DNA from: a virus
Lineage: Duplodnaviria; Caudoviricetes
Reading direction: 5' to 3' (one strand)
DNA: 26,916 nucleotides
IMG/VR virus record: IMGVR_UViG_3300049166_000023
Location: 1-26,916 of that record
Positions within the stretch are counted from its first letter, which is position 1; every line of letters starts with the position of its first letter. Made by a program: the position numbers and the translations under genes. Under the pieces are notes generated by a model. That model ran no database searches. It was not told the DNA's origin and saw only the letters and a program-made list of their open reading frames with translations. Positions 1 through 8,445 of this stretch are shown in pieces.

Positions 1-4
1 GTAT

Positions 5-181
5 ATGTTAGATTTAGATAATGAGACATTAATAGAATCTTATTACGAAGCCATTAAATTAAACTTAGATATAGATTTTATTTCAATTTTAAAAGATGAG
101 ATTAAAGAACGAGGGCTATGTGAAAAATTAAAAAGTAAATCAGCGGGTGATCGGCATGATTTATCACTAATAATTGATTGA
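5..181 (+). CDS. sda: Sporulation histidine kinase inhibitor Sda-like protein (58 aa, below the ORF-track cutoff)
   Basis: Manual translation MLDLDNETLIESYYEAIKLNLDIDFISILKDEIKERGLCEKLKSKSAGDRHDLSLIID matches the Sda pattern (LsdElLiesYxkAxxlnLxxdFixlixxEikrRxL). The RBS would lie outside the window. Confidence 0.82.
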   Translation: MLDLDNETLIESYYEAIKLNLDIDFISILKDEIKERGLCEKLKSKSAGDRHDLSLIID

Positions 182-298
182 TCACTATATTGCGGTTCTC
201 ACATAAATAACAAATACACTTACTGGATAATATTAAAATACATGGTTTCTATACAGTGAACAAACACCCCGCGTAAGATATGTCTAACCATGTAAAAG

Positions 299-329
299 AA
301 GCCCTCAATGATGGTATGAGGGCTTTTTG
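299..329 (+). terminator. Intrinsic terminator downstream of sda
   Basis: AAGCCCTCA...TGAGGGCTT stem followed by a T tract. Confidence 0.7.
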
Positions 330-410
330 TTTAGGTCATCTTTTCTAAGCATTGTAAATTGGTCAGTGTATCAAGATGAGACTATTCGCCCCATCCCCAC
401 TAATCAAATT

Positions 411-1376
411 TTAATCTTGAATTGTCGTTAAAACTCCGTCATCAAAATACAAATACACATAATTAGGATAAACCCATTGTTCGCTAGTTCCATATTTAGT
501 AATAGTTCTATTAACATCTTTTGGTTCTCCCCACCTTGATAATACTTCTTCACTAGTCATACCTAATCTAATTGTTCGTGCTTCTTTTTCTTTTTTTCTT
601 TGCTCCTCGATTAACTTGTCTTCTCTAAAAGCTTCTTTAGTCCTAATCCTTGATTCTCTTGCAGCTTCTTTCACTAATATATCTACATTTTTTGGATTTA
701 GTACCTCACCTTTTTCGTTTTTAATGATGAAAATTTCCTTTACTTCCTGATTCTCAAATTGAATCACTCGATTTGAAAGTGCGATAAACCCACAATACGG
801 AAATTTCCCATTAGAACATAAATCATATTTTATGTCCTCAATTATTAGCATACTTGTAACATCCGATTCCCGATCATTAATTTTTATTCCATTAAAAGAA
901 CTCATCGTTTCTACAACATATCCATCCTCTTCTAATTTTTCAAATAGTGGTACATTCAACGCCAATTCAATTTCTTTAGATTTCTCTTTTTCTTCTTTTA
1001 TTTCTGAAGATAGCACACCCCTATACTCGTCTGGAATTTCATTTAGAGCGTCCAAATATGCATCAGTGTTTCCACTTCCTTTTGATGCGAGAGCATATGC
1101 GTAGTTGTATAATTCTGTATACTCATTTTTCTTATAATAGTTTTTAAGTTTTTTAGTGACTTCTTTATATTCCTCGTTTTCAATTAATTTGACTACTACT
1201 TCTTCAAGACTATCTATTTCTTCCTGTTCTTTATCGAATTCTTCATTACTTTCCGCATTAATACTTTCGACGTTTCCTTCCTGTTCAGTTTCCTTTAATT
1301 GCTTTGTTGAACTTGAACAGGAAGCGAGTAAAAAGCAAAAAGCAAGTAATACAACAAATTTTTTAATTTTGACCAC
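411..1376 (-). CDS. Lipoprotein with a C-terminal SmpA/OmlA (BamE/BLIP)-like domain; possible moron or superinfection exclusion factor
   Basis: Basic N-terminus, hydrophobic stretch and lipobox LLASC; C-terminal GMTSEEVLSRWGEP...EQWVY...YLYFDDGVL motif; AAGGAG RBS with GTG start. Confidence 0.7.
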   Translation of the reverse strand: MVKIKKFVVLLAFCFLLASCSSSTKQLKETEQEGNVESINAESNEEFDKEQEEIDSLEEVVVKLIENEEYKEVTKKLKNYYKKNEYTELYNYAYALASKGSGNTDAYLDALNEIPDEYRGVLSSEIKEEKEKSKEIELALNVPLFEKLEEDGYVVETMSSFNGIKINDRESDVTSMLIIEDIKYDLCSNGKFPYCGFIALSNRVIQFENQEVKEIFIIKNEKGEVLNPKNVDILVKEAARESRIRTKEAFREDKLIEEQRKKEKEARTIRLGMTSEEVLSRWGEPKDVNRTITKYGTSEQWVYPNYVYLYFDDGVLTTIQD

Positions 1377-1480
1377 TCCTTAAGTATGTAATATATGAAA
1401 ATTTTACCATACGGTCAATTTAAATAGAACTATTTAACTAGTAATATATAACTTTTTCGTTTAATTAGTCCTAAAAAAAC

Positions 1481-1537
1481 AAAAAAAGGGGTTTACTCCA
1501 CTAGTCGCCTTCTTAGTAACCAGTCGAGTAAACCCCT
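1481..1537 (-). terminator. Terminator-like hairpin upstream of the lipoprotein gene
   Basis: Perfect 12-bp inverted repeat AGGGGTTTACTC/GAGTAAACCCCT with a T tract on the minus strand. Confidence 0.65.
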
Positions 1538-1716
1538 CTAAAAAACATGTGCATATGGTTCGATTTTCCCCTTTATAGCTCATATGAGAAACGATAATAA
1601 GCTTCAAGTATAAATACATAGGTCAGCACTTACCTACCCTCAAAACGTCTTATTTTTTGTAATGTGGTACATGAAATTATATACGTCCTGTCATGTCTTT
1701 TGCATCTCCTTAAACG

Positions 1717-1755
1717 AAAAAAGGCTTATCCACTGGAAGAACCAATGAATAAGCC
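1717..1755 (-). terminator. Terminator immediately after the tape measure gene
   Basis: Minus strand GGCTTATTCATTGG...CCAGTGGATAAGCC-TTTTTT. Confidence 0.75.
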
Positions 1756-1761
1756 AAAATA

Positions 1762-3897
1762 TTATATTTTCCCTCGTGCTTTCAATTTCTTATGTACTTT
1801 AGTAAATATATTGTTTACGTCATCTTCTGAACCAACCATTTTATCTACATGGAAATAAAACTTATATTCATGATTATAAGTGTCGTTACTTGTACTATTC
1901 GAATTGGTTACGTTATTAGCTTCAATTCTCTTAGCTAGTCTTTGATAAACAGCATCAGCAAATGGATCCATTTGTTTACCGACTAAGGGAACAATTGCTT
2001 CTTTTCCTGCTTCACCAAGACCAGCGATTGTAGGTGTATCAAAGAAACCACCATTTTTGTGCCATTCAATATTAAAGTCTGGATAAGGAATGCCCAAACT
2101 GTTCTTTTTCATATCAACTGACACTTTAGGAAGTTTCAACTTAGGTAATGACCACTCAAAGTTGAACGCATCCTTAATTCTATCAATCATAGTACGGACA
2201 ACATCGACTGATTCTGTAATTGGTGAAGTAATTGCATCTTTAATTTTATTAAAGATTTCTTGAGCTGTTGAGTAGATATTGTCAAAGATTTCTGAAACTC
2301 TATTTTTCATGGTATCAAAGGTTGTTCGAACAGTATAACTTATCCCCGAAACTACAGAAGAAACAAAAGAGCTAATCCCATTCCAAATAGTGGAAAAGTA
2401 CTCTTTGATATATGCTAAAGCTACGCTCACCACCGTTTTGATAACATTAAGAGCCTGTGAAATAACTCCTTCAATTACAGACATGACACCGTCTACAATT
2501 TGTTTGATGCCTTCCCATGCTTTATCCCAGTCACCAGTTAAAACACCTAGAACAGTGTTTACGATACCTAAAATAACATCTAGAACACCAGATATTACTG
2601 TTTTAGCATTTTCCATTGTATTTGTCACATAGTCGATTATTATGCTACCGTATTTATCCCATAAATCAGAAACTCGTTCTAGAACAACGCTAATAATTTC
2701 GCCAATGGTTTCCATGATTGTCTGAATGGTTTCTTTCATTGCTGAAAATGTTCCATCAGAATCAGAACGCATAACCTCAATCTTCTCTCTGAAAAAATCA
2801 ATGATTCCAGCAATAAACTCAAAGGTTGCATTCATTGCGTCTTGAAGCTTTGGAAGAATCTTTTCAGCAAGGTTCATCATGACTTCACCAACTGGCATAA
2901 GTCCAACCATTGCATTATTTTTCATTATTTGAAAACGTTCACCAAGAGTAAGAGTGTCTTCACCAGCTTTATCTATTGTTTCAGAAGAGTCGGCAAGTGT
3001 ATCTTGTAATTCCTCAATAGAAAATGCACCTGACTTAATCATTTCAGCCATTTCGGGTCCTGCTTTAGAACCGAATATTTCCATTGCTCTAGCGGTTGCA
3101 TCCCCTGCATCTTCCATATTCTCAATCTCTTCTATTACTTGAGGTAATACTTCGGCTGGGTCTTTTCCTTCTTTGGCAATATTAGCAATACCCTTACTGA
3201 AAGCTGACATTGCTTTGTCTGCATCATAACCTTTAGCTTCTAGATTCCCCATTAAAGTAGCTGCTTCATCATATTCCATTCCTGCTTGTCTCATAGTGGC
3301 ACCGTGTTTATCCATCTGACTCATTAAGTCACCCACACCAGCACCTGTTGTCTGTGCAACATTCCATAAAAGATCCATCTTGTCCATAGATTCTTCAGCA
3401 CCAATTCCCCAAGCTTCAAAACCACGAGAACCTGATTCAATTAGCTGGTCAGAAGCTTCACCACTGATACGTGATAAATCAAGATATTGCTTTGTTAAAT
3501 CCTCTAATCCATCACCAGTTTCACCAGTACGAGTGTTCAAATCTGCTAAGGCTGTAGCTACTTCCTCCGCATCTTGTGGAACTTCCTTAAAGACATTCTT
3601 AAATGAATCCTCTAAATCATTCAGTGCATCACCAGTAGCGCCTGTTCCAGCTCTAATAATGCCACTAGCTTTTTCAAATTCTTGACCAGCATTGAAAGAA
3701 GCTGTACCAATTCCAACAAGGGCTGCACCAATACTTGCGACAGCTCCTAGAGCGATACCTCCAAGCACCTTCCCCATCTTAGAACCTTTTTTCTCTGTGT
3801 TGTTCATGCCTTTTTCAGCATTAGCTAATCCTTTTTCTAGACCTGAGCTATCAACGGATATTTTAGCTTGATAGGAACCTAAATCATATGTAGACAT
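1762..3897 (-). CDS. Phage tail tape measure protein (711 aa)
   Basis: N-terminal YDLGSYQAKISVD; TP901-like Ala/Gly-rich helical core; amphipathic W/F repeats (LTGDWDKAWEGIK); C-terminal GG..PTIAGLGEAGKEAIVPL motif; position after the tail chaperones. Confidence 0.93.
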   Translation of the reverse strand: MSTYDLGSYQAKISVDSSGLEKGLANAEKGMNNTEKKGSKMGKVLGGIALGAVASIGAALVGIGTASFNAGQEFEKASGIIRAGTGATGDALNDLEDSFKNVFKEVPQDAEEVATALADLNTRTGETGDGLEDLTKQYLDLSRISGEASDQLIESGSRGFEAWGIGAEESMDKMDLLWNVAQTTGAGVGDLMSQMDKHGATMRQAGMEYDEAATLMGNLEAKGYDADKAMSAFSKGIANIAKEGKDPAEVLPQVIEEIENMEDAGDATARAMEIFGSKAGPEMAEMIKSGAFSIEELQDTLADSSETIDKAGEDTLTLGERFQIMKNNAMVGLMPVGEVMMNLAEKILPKLQDAMNATFEFIAGIIDFFREKIEVMRSDSDGTFSAMKETIQTIMETIGEIISVVLERVSDLWDKYGSIIIDYVTNTMENAKTVISGVLDVILGIVNTVLGVLTGDWDKAWEGIKQIVDGVMSVIEGVISQALNVIKTVVSVALAYIKEYFSTIWNGISSFVSSVVSGISYTVRTTFDTMKNRVSEIFDNIYSTAQEIFNKIKDAITSPITESVDVVRTMIDRIKDAFNFEWSLPKLKLPKVSVDMKKNSLGIPYPDFNIEWHKNGGFFDTPTIAGLGEAGKEAIVPLVGKQMDPFADAVYQRLAKRIEANNVTNSNSTSNDTYNHEYKFYFHVDKMVGSEDDVNNIFTKVHKKLKARGKI

Positions 3898-4205
3898 TAG
3901 TTTTCACCTCCTTCTGCTTGAGAAGTGGTGTAACCAGTCAACGCTCTAATAGCAGATAGATCAGCATTTTTTCTTGGATTCATGTATCTACGTGCTTTAT
4001 CTAAATACTCTCTTCCTTCTTCTGATTTCCGTAGTTCTTTAACATGGCATTGTTTGATATATGCTAGGAAATGGCTGTGAGGCATTTGTAGAATACGATC
4101 ATGAGGAAAATTATAATAAGAGGCTAATAGAGCGAAGTCACTAAACAATTCATACTCATCATTAAAAGAAGCCGTATCCCCTTTATTAGAAGGAAGATAC
4201 GGCAC
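3897..4205 (-). CDS. Tail assembly chaperone GT-like C-terminal part, reached by -1 frameshift
   Basis: Lies in the -1 frame relative to the upstream chaperone, has no obvious RBS and abuts the TMP start. Confidence 0.75.
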   Translation of the reverse strand: MPYLPSNKGDTASFNDEYELFSDFALLASYYNFPHDRILQMPHSHFLAYIKQCHVKELRKSEEGREYLDKARRYMNPRKNADLSAIRALTGYTTSQAEGGEN

Positions 4206-4217
4206 TTTTAGTTTGGG
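4171..4217 (-). promoter_or_regulatory. Programmed -1 ribosomal frameshift signal
   Basis: Correctly phased heptamer C CCA AAC just before TAA, then 7 nt, then hairpin GCCGTATC...GATACGGC. Confidence 0.78.
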
Positions 4218-4534
4218 TTCTGTGCATTTTCAGTTACTTTTTCTTGATAAATCTCAACAACACGCTTCATTTGTGAAACGCTTAGATTTTTTTCAACGAA
4301 TTCCTCTGTAACGTCTTTTGATTCGTCTTGGCTTAGGATTAAAGTAACCATCTTCACGAACAAACCAAACTGAGCTTTATTCGTTTTTACTTTCGTTGCC
4401 TTATCTTCAAAATCTAAAAGTTGATTTACAAGATGCACACTCGGTTCTGGTGGAATAGTAAACATATTATCCTCACCGAATTTTAAAATTAACTGTTCTT
4501 GTGTTACTAAAGAAAGATCAATAATTTTTGACAT
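4208..4534 (-). CDS. Tail assembly chaperone G-like
   Basis: Located between the major tail and TMP genes; AAGGAG RBS favours MSKIIDL (4534) as the start. Confidence 0.75.
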   Translation of the reverse strand: MSKIIDLSLVTQEQLILKFGEDNMFTIPPEPSVHLVNQLLDFEDKATKVKTNKAQFGLFVKMVTLILSQDESKDVTEEFVEKNLSVSQMKRVVEIYQEKVTENAQNPN

Positions 4535-4576
4535 ATAATACACTCCTTATAATTGTTTGATATTTTTTGTGTAAAT

Positions 4577-4600
4577 AAAAAAAAGAAGGGTTTCCCCTCC
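4577..4600 (-). terminator. Terminator after the major tail gene
   Basis: GGAGGG-GAAA-CCCTTC followed by T8. Confidence 0.7.
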
Positions 4601-4602
4601 TC

Positions 4603-5106
4603 TTAGATTTCTTCAGTGATTGTTACGATGTTTCCATCTGATTTTGTTGTATCAGCTAATAATGTAAATTCAAAATCAAAGGCAGTTGCTTCTTCAGCAT
4701 TAAATGTCCATTGAAGACCACTACGATTTTGTGCTCTATGCATCTCTAGAGTAATAGTCTTTCCATCTTCTTTCGTATGGACAAAACGTAATCGCTTAAT
4801 AGGAACAGTTCGTTTACCGCCAATTCCTAGTGTGCGAGTCCCTGCTGTTGTATCTTCACTAAAATATCCTGCCATAAATTCACTGATATTTTTAAGATCA
4901 TAAGTCACGATTCCAGCATTAAAAATAACAGTTTCCGATGTCATGAAGCTTCCAATAATCTGATTCTTAACTCCACCCCTTACATCTGTGAATTCGTTAG
5001 AGGCATTTAATGTAGCTTCACCACTACTTTCACCAACCTTAGTTTCTGTTTCATCCTCCGCAACAATAAAAAGTTCACCTGTACCAAATAAAATTTCTTG
5101 TGACAT
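4603..5106 (-). CDS. Major tail tube protein
   Basis: Synteny; beta-rich sequence (ILFGTGELF...VGESSGEATL...FEFTLLAD) typical of siphovirus tube proteins. Confidence 0.75.
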   Translation of the reverse strand: MSQEILFGTGELFIVAEDETETKVGESSGEATLNASNEFTDVRGGVKNQIIGSFMTSETVIFNAGIVTYDLKNISEFMAGYFSEDTTAGTRTLGIGGKRTVPIKRLRFVHTKEDGKTITLEMHRAQNRSGLQWTFNAEEATAFDFEFTLLADTTKSDGNIVTITEEI

Positions 5107-5113
5107 TAATTAA

Positions 5114-5557
5114 TCATCCTTTCGTTTTTACAATAAAATAGTTAATCTGTTCGAATACATTTTCGCTTTCATGAAAAAATAAACTCCCACCTGTCATAAG
5201 TTGAGAGTTTAAAATAACCGTATTATTAACAGTTGTTGATGGTCGCTCTACATTTGCTTTGCTAAAATCCATTAATTCAACTAATCTATTTGAAATGTTA
5301 CTAAGCTCTTCTTCCTTATCTGTTACGATTGTTAATTGCACACGGTACTCATTCGTGACAATGTTGTGAGAGAAAGGTACAAGATTATAAACAACATATG
5401 GGTAGTCTACAAAGCTTCCCTTTTCATTCTCTTGATCTTTATTAAAAACTTGTGGTCTCATAAAGAATATTTTCAACTTATTCTCATATGGATAGTGATT
5501 GAGTAGTTCACTTAATTTTTCATCAGAAGTTAGGTATTGAAAGAAAGTTGTAATCAC
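5114..5557 (-). CDS. Tail terminator/completion protein
   Basis: Synteny; YPYVVY motif. Confidence 0.6.
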   Translation of the reverse strand: MITTFFQYLTSDEKLSELLNHYPYENKLKIFFMRPQVFNKDQENEKGSFVDYPYVVYNLVPFSHNIVTNEYRVQLTIVTDKEEELSNISNRLVELMDFSKANVERPSTTVNNTVILNSQLMTGGSLFFHESENVFEQINYFIVKTKG

Positions 5558-5889
5558 TTAGGAGTCATCCCCTTAGCAATCATCTGTTGCATATTACCTT
5601 GGTTTTGCTCAATTGCATCACGTATATATGGCTGAGCTGTAATATTACGAACAACTGAACCCTCGTGTACCACCTCAGCATATTCAACATTTGAGGTTCC
5701 AACTGTAATATCACTTTGATTTTCTTTATGATCAACTTCTGAATTAGTATTTCTACGCAAATTGCCTGTCTCTCCGACTGGACTCCGCATTTTCGACTCT
5801 CTTTCCATCAACATACTAATCTCATTAGCTACTTTTTCACGTTGATTTCTTACGTCTTTGATAGCTTGCTGAAATTTGAAATTCTTCAT
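5554..5889 (-). CDS. HK97 gp10-like neck protein
   Basis: SPVGETGNLRR...VEYAEVVHEG...AQPYIRDA motif. Confidence 0.85.
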   Translation of the reverse strand: MKNFKFQQAIKDVRNQREKVANEISMLMERESKMRSPVGETGNLRRNTNSEVDHKENQSDITVGTSNVEYAEVVHEGSVVRNITAQPYIRDAIEQNQGNMQQMIAKGMTPK

Positions 5890-6209
5890 TAATTAGCCCC
5901 CTTTCGAATGAGGACTTCGTAATGTTTATCATATTTCATGATTTCCGTAACCTTGTACGGCTCTTCTTGATATTCTATATCTGAAAGAATCTTTAGCTTG
6001 TCGTTAGGTTTGCAGAATACACGATTCGTACATTCTACATAAACACCATATGTATGCTCAGCTAAAGTATTGGAATACGGTTCAACGTCACCCTTAAACG
6101 GGGTTTTAACTATTTGAGTATCATCATAAATTGGCTGACCTATAGATGTGTAACCAATAATTTCACCCTGCTCCTCAGTAACGATATATAGAGTTTTAGT
6201 AAGTCTCAT
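5889..6209 (-). CDS. Head closure / head-tail adaptor
   Basis: Synteny, size, overlapping start and stop codons with neighbours. Confidence 0.6.
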   Translation of the reverse strand: MRLTKTLYIVTEEQGEIIGYTSIGQPIYDDTQIVKTPFKGDVEPYSNTLAEHTYGVYVECTNRVFCKPNDKLKILSDIEYQEEPYKVTEIMKYDKHYEVLIRKGAN

Positions 6210-6511
6210 ACAAACTTCATCCTTCTGTTTTCATTCAACCTACGAACAATATCAGGAGGAAGATCATCCCTATAAGATTCACTCAAACTACCCTTACCCT
6301 CAGATACAATATTTTCAACACCCTTATTACGGTAATTAAAAATAGAAATACCCTCAGCTAATTCATCAAGAGTAGAATCAAGCTCTGTTACATTGCAATA
6401 TTTCAAGACTTGGTTTGTTGCTCTGGATAAATAAAGTGATAGAATATTATCCTCACTTGTATCATCTGCTGCAATATCTAACAATACTTTGATATTTTCA
6501 ATAGTAGGCAT
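6206..6511 (-). CDS. Head-tail connector (SPP1 gp15/HK97 gp6-like)
   Basis: IKVLL...DNILSLYL..A...YCN...YRNKGVEN..SEGKGSLSESY pattern. Confidence 0.85.
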   Translation of the reverse strand: MPTIENIKVLLDIAADDTSEDNILSLYLSRATNQVLKYCNVTELDSTLDELAEGISIFNYRNKGVENIVSEGKGSLSESYRDDLPPDIVRRLNENRRMKFV

Positions 6512-6522
6512 GTATCACACCT

Positions 6523-6690
6523 CTATTCCTTTTGTTTTACTTTACTGACTCGTTTAGTTGTTGGTTTACTTGTCGGCTTAGGCTTTACTGCCTTCACCTC
6601 TTCATAATTAGCATCTTTCGTACAACGCTTGATATGATCAGCATCTACAACATCCCAAACAAGACCAGTTAGCTTATTTTTAAACTTCAA
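6523..6690 (-). CDS. Small basic protein after the capsid gene (55 aa, not in ORF track)
   Basis: AAGGAG RBS and TTG start; MKFKNKLTGLVWDVVDADHIKRCTKDANYEEVKAVKPKPTSKPTTKRVSKVKQKE fills the gap exactly. Confidence 0.75.
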   Translation of the reverse strand: MKFKNKLTGLVWDVVDADHIKRCTKDANYEEVKAVKPKPTSKPTTKRVSKVKQKE

Positions 6691-6713
6691 TTCACATCAA
6701 CTCCTTACTATAT

Positions 6714-6744
6714 AAAAAGAGATAGAGCATTAAGCCCTATCCCT
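6714..6744 (-). terminator. Terminator after the major capsid gene
   Basis: AGGGATAGGGC-TTAAT-GCTCTATCTC-TTTTT on the minus strand. Confidence 0.7.
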
Positions 6745-6760
6745 TCAGTTATGTATTTGA

Positions 6761-7573
6761 TTAAACTGTTGCTGTAAGTACTGCTAGTGCCTCAGAACGA
6801 ATTACTTCACTTCCGTAAACCATAAGTCCACGTACTCCATCAGCCATAGTGGATTCCAGACGCATAGCTTCAGTTTTATCAAGTTGCTTACCATGTCCAA
6901 TAGCAGATTTATGAAGAGCAAGGAATTTGTAATCACCATTAGCATTAGTAGCAATTTCTTCTGAAACAACTACTTGCAAGCCATTGATTCGTTGCCCCTC
7001 CACTATTCCATTTTCTAATACTGTTGGATTTTTTGTAAAACGATCATCCTTAGAAAGAAGACCAAGCGCCTCAGCATTAATTACAACAAAACGGTCTGAT
7101 TTAGGTACTTTCTTTTTAGAAAGCTTTGTTCCTAAGTCAACGATAGTATCATAAATGTTAGTTTTACTTAATGTTACTGGAGTTGTATCATCACCAATCA
7201 CATTATCAGCATGTGCTCCAGTGTATAGACCAAGAATAAACTTATCTACTGTTTCTTGAAGTGAAGCTGAAGCTTCTGAAGTATGTGTATCAACTAAATC
7301 TCCTGCACTTTGGATGGCATCTACATCATCAACTGAAAATGCGAAATATTTCTTTTGATCCATGTTTAGCTCTACAGGAGTTGTACTTACTGTATCCCAT
7401 GAAATTGTACCTTCATAATCTTTAACTGCTACTGCTCCAGCACGATTAAAGATAATCTTATTACCTTCAATTTTTACTGGTTTTGAAGTAATTACTTCTG
7501 CAATAGAAGCCTTTCGGAAGTTTGTTAATAGACGACTTTCCCATACACTTGGAATAAATGATTGTACTGACAT
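6761..7573 (-). CDS. Major capsid protein (270 aa, HK97 fold, P22 coat/N4-gp56-like type)
   Basis: FIPSVWESRLL start, DQKKYFAFSVDDVD, ADGVRGLMVYG end; follows the scaffold gene. Confidence 0.9.
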   Translation of the reverse strand: MSVQSFIPSVWESRLLTNFRKASIAEVITSKPVKIEGNKIIFNRAGAVAVKDYEGTISWDTVSTTPVELNMDQKKYFAFSVDDVDAIQSAGDLVDTHTSEASASLQETVDKFILGLYTGAHADNVIGDDTTPVTLSKTNIYDTIVDLGTKLSKKKVPKSDRFVVINAEALGLLSKDDRFTKNPTVLENGIVEGQRINGLQVVVSEEIATNANGDYKFLALHKSAIGHGKQLDKTEAMRLESTMADGVRGLMVYGSEVIRSEALAVLTATV

Positions 7574-7680
7574 AATAATATCACCTTTACCTTTTCTAAT
7601 TTTTTATTATAGTGCTTTCATCTTTTAAGTCTTAAAGCCCGAAACAAGACATAAAAAGAGACTTGCTATACAAGTCTTAA

Positions 7681-8328
7681 TTAGTTACTTTTTAATGCTT
7701 CACTCACAACTTCCCAATCTAAAGCACTGACTTCTTCAGTGGACATACCTTCGAGTTGTTCACGAGTGATTGTTTTTGGCTTCTCTCCATCTTTAGGAGT
7801 AAAACCATTCGACTTTAATTTTTCATTTACAACTGTCTGTAAATTGTTTGACCAAACGTTCTTTAGGCTTTCTAAATTGGACATTGTAGACTCTTTACTT
7901 TTCGTACCATCTTCATCATCGTCTTTTTCCAAAGAGATAAAATAATCAACGATTTCAGAAGGTAATTTATTATCTGTTGCAAATTTTAATGCATCATTGC
8001 GAACAGATTCACGAATTGTTTTCGACTTCCAACGTTCAATCTCTGCTAAAGCCTTTTCAACCTCTAAAGCCTCTGGACTCTTATTTGCAGGGTTACGCTT
8101 TGCAATTTCATCCTCAATAAGCTGAGGCATAGTTTTCTGTTTAAACGTGTCTAAACCTTTAGTAAAATAACTATCTAGTTTTGGTTGTAAAAGCTTCTTA
8201 CCATCTTCTGTATCAAGAAACGCTTGAACTCCCTCAGGTGTTACTTGAGATAACCCCTCTAGGTATGCTTTTACTTCTTCTTGATCCTTGTTCTCTTCTA
8301 AAAACTTCTTAATTTCTTCTAATGTCAT
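7681..8328 (-). CDS. Capsid scaffolding protein (DUF4355-like)
   Basis: Acidic and helical; LLQPKLDSYFTKGL motif; GGAGG RBS gives start MTLEEIKK at 8328. Confidence 0.8.
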   Translation of the reverse strand: MTLEEIKKFLEENKDQEEVKAYLEGLSQVTPEGVQAFLDTEDGKKLLQPKLDSYFTKGLDTFKQKTMPQLIEDEIAKRNPANKSPEALEVEKALAEIERWKSKTIRESVRNDALKFATDNKLPSEIVDYFISLEKDDDEDGTKSKESTMSNLESLKNVWSNNLQTVVNEKLKSNGFTPKDGEKPKTITREQLEGMSTEEVSALDWEVVSEALKSN

Positions 8329-8445
8329 AGATATAACCTCCAACCCTTTATGTACGAGCCATAAAGTGCAATATTTTTGTTTTTCACGTTGTTCTTTTAC
8401 GTCTGCAACATAAAAAAAGACATACAAAAAAGCCACTATAAGTGA

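Noticed and set aside
158-195. ATCACTA repeats as a left-end counterpart of the TGGTCACTTT repeats
   Set aside because: Only a 5-bp shared core, partly inside the sda ORF; compatible with chance
832-3685. Plus-strand ORFs 832-1104, 1156-1383, 1664-1858, 2390-2632, 2954-3142 and 3380-3685
   Set aside because: Mostly Ser-rich antisense shadows of the lipoprotein and TMP genes, with no convincing RBS
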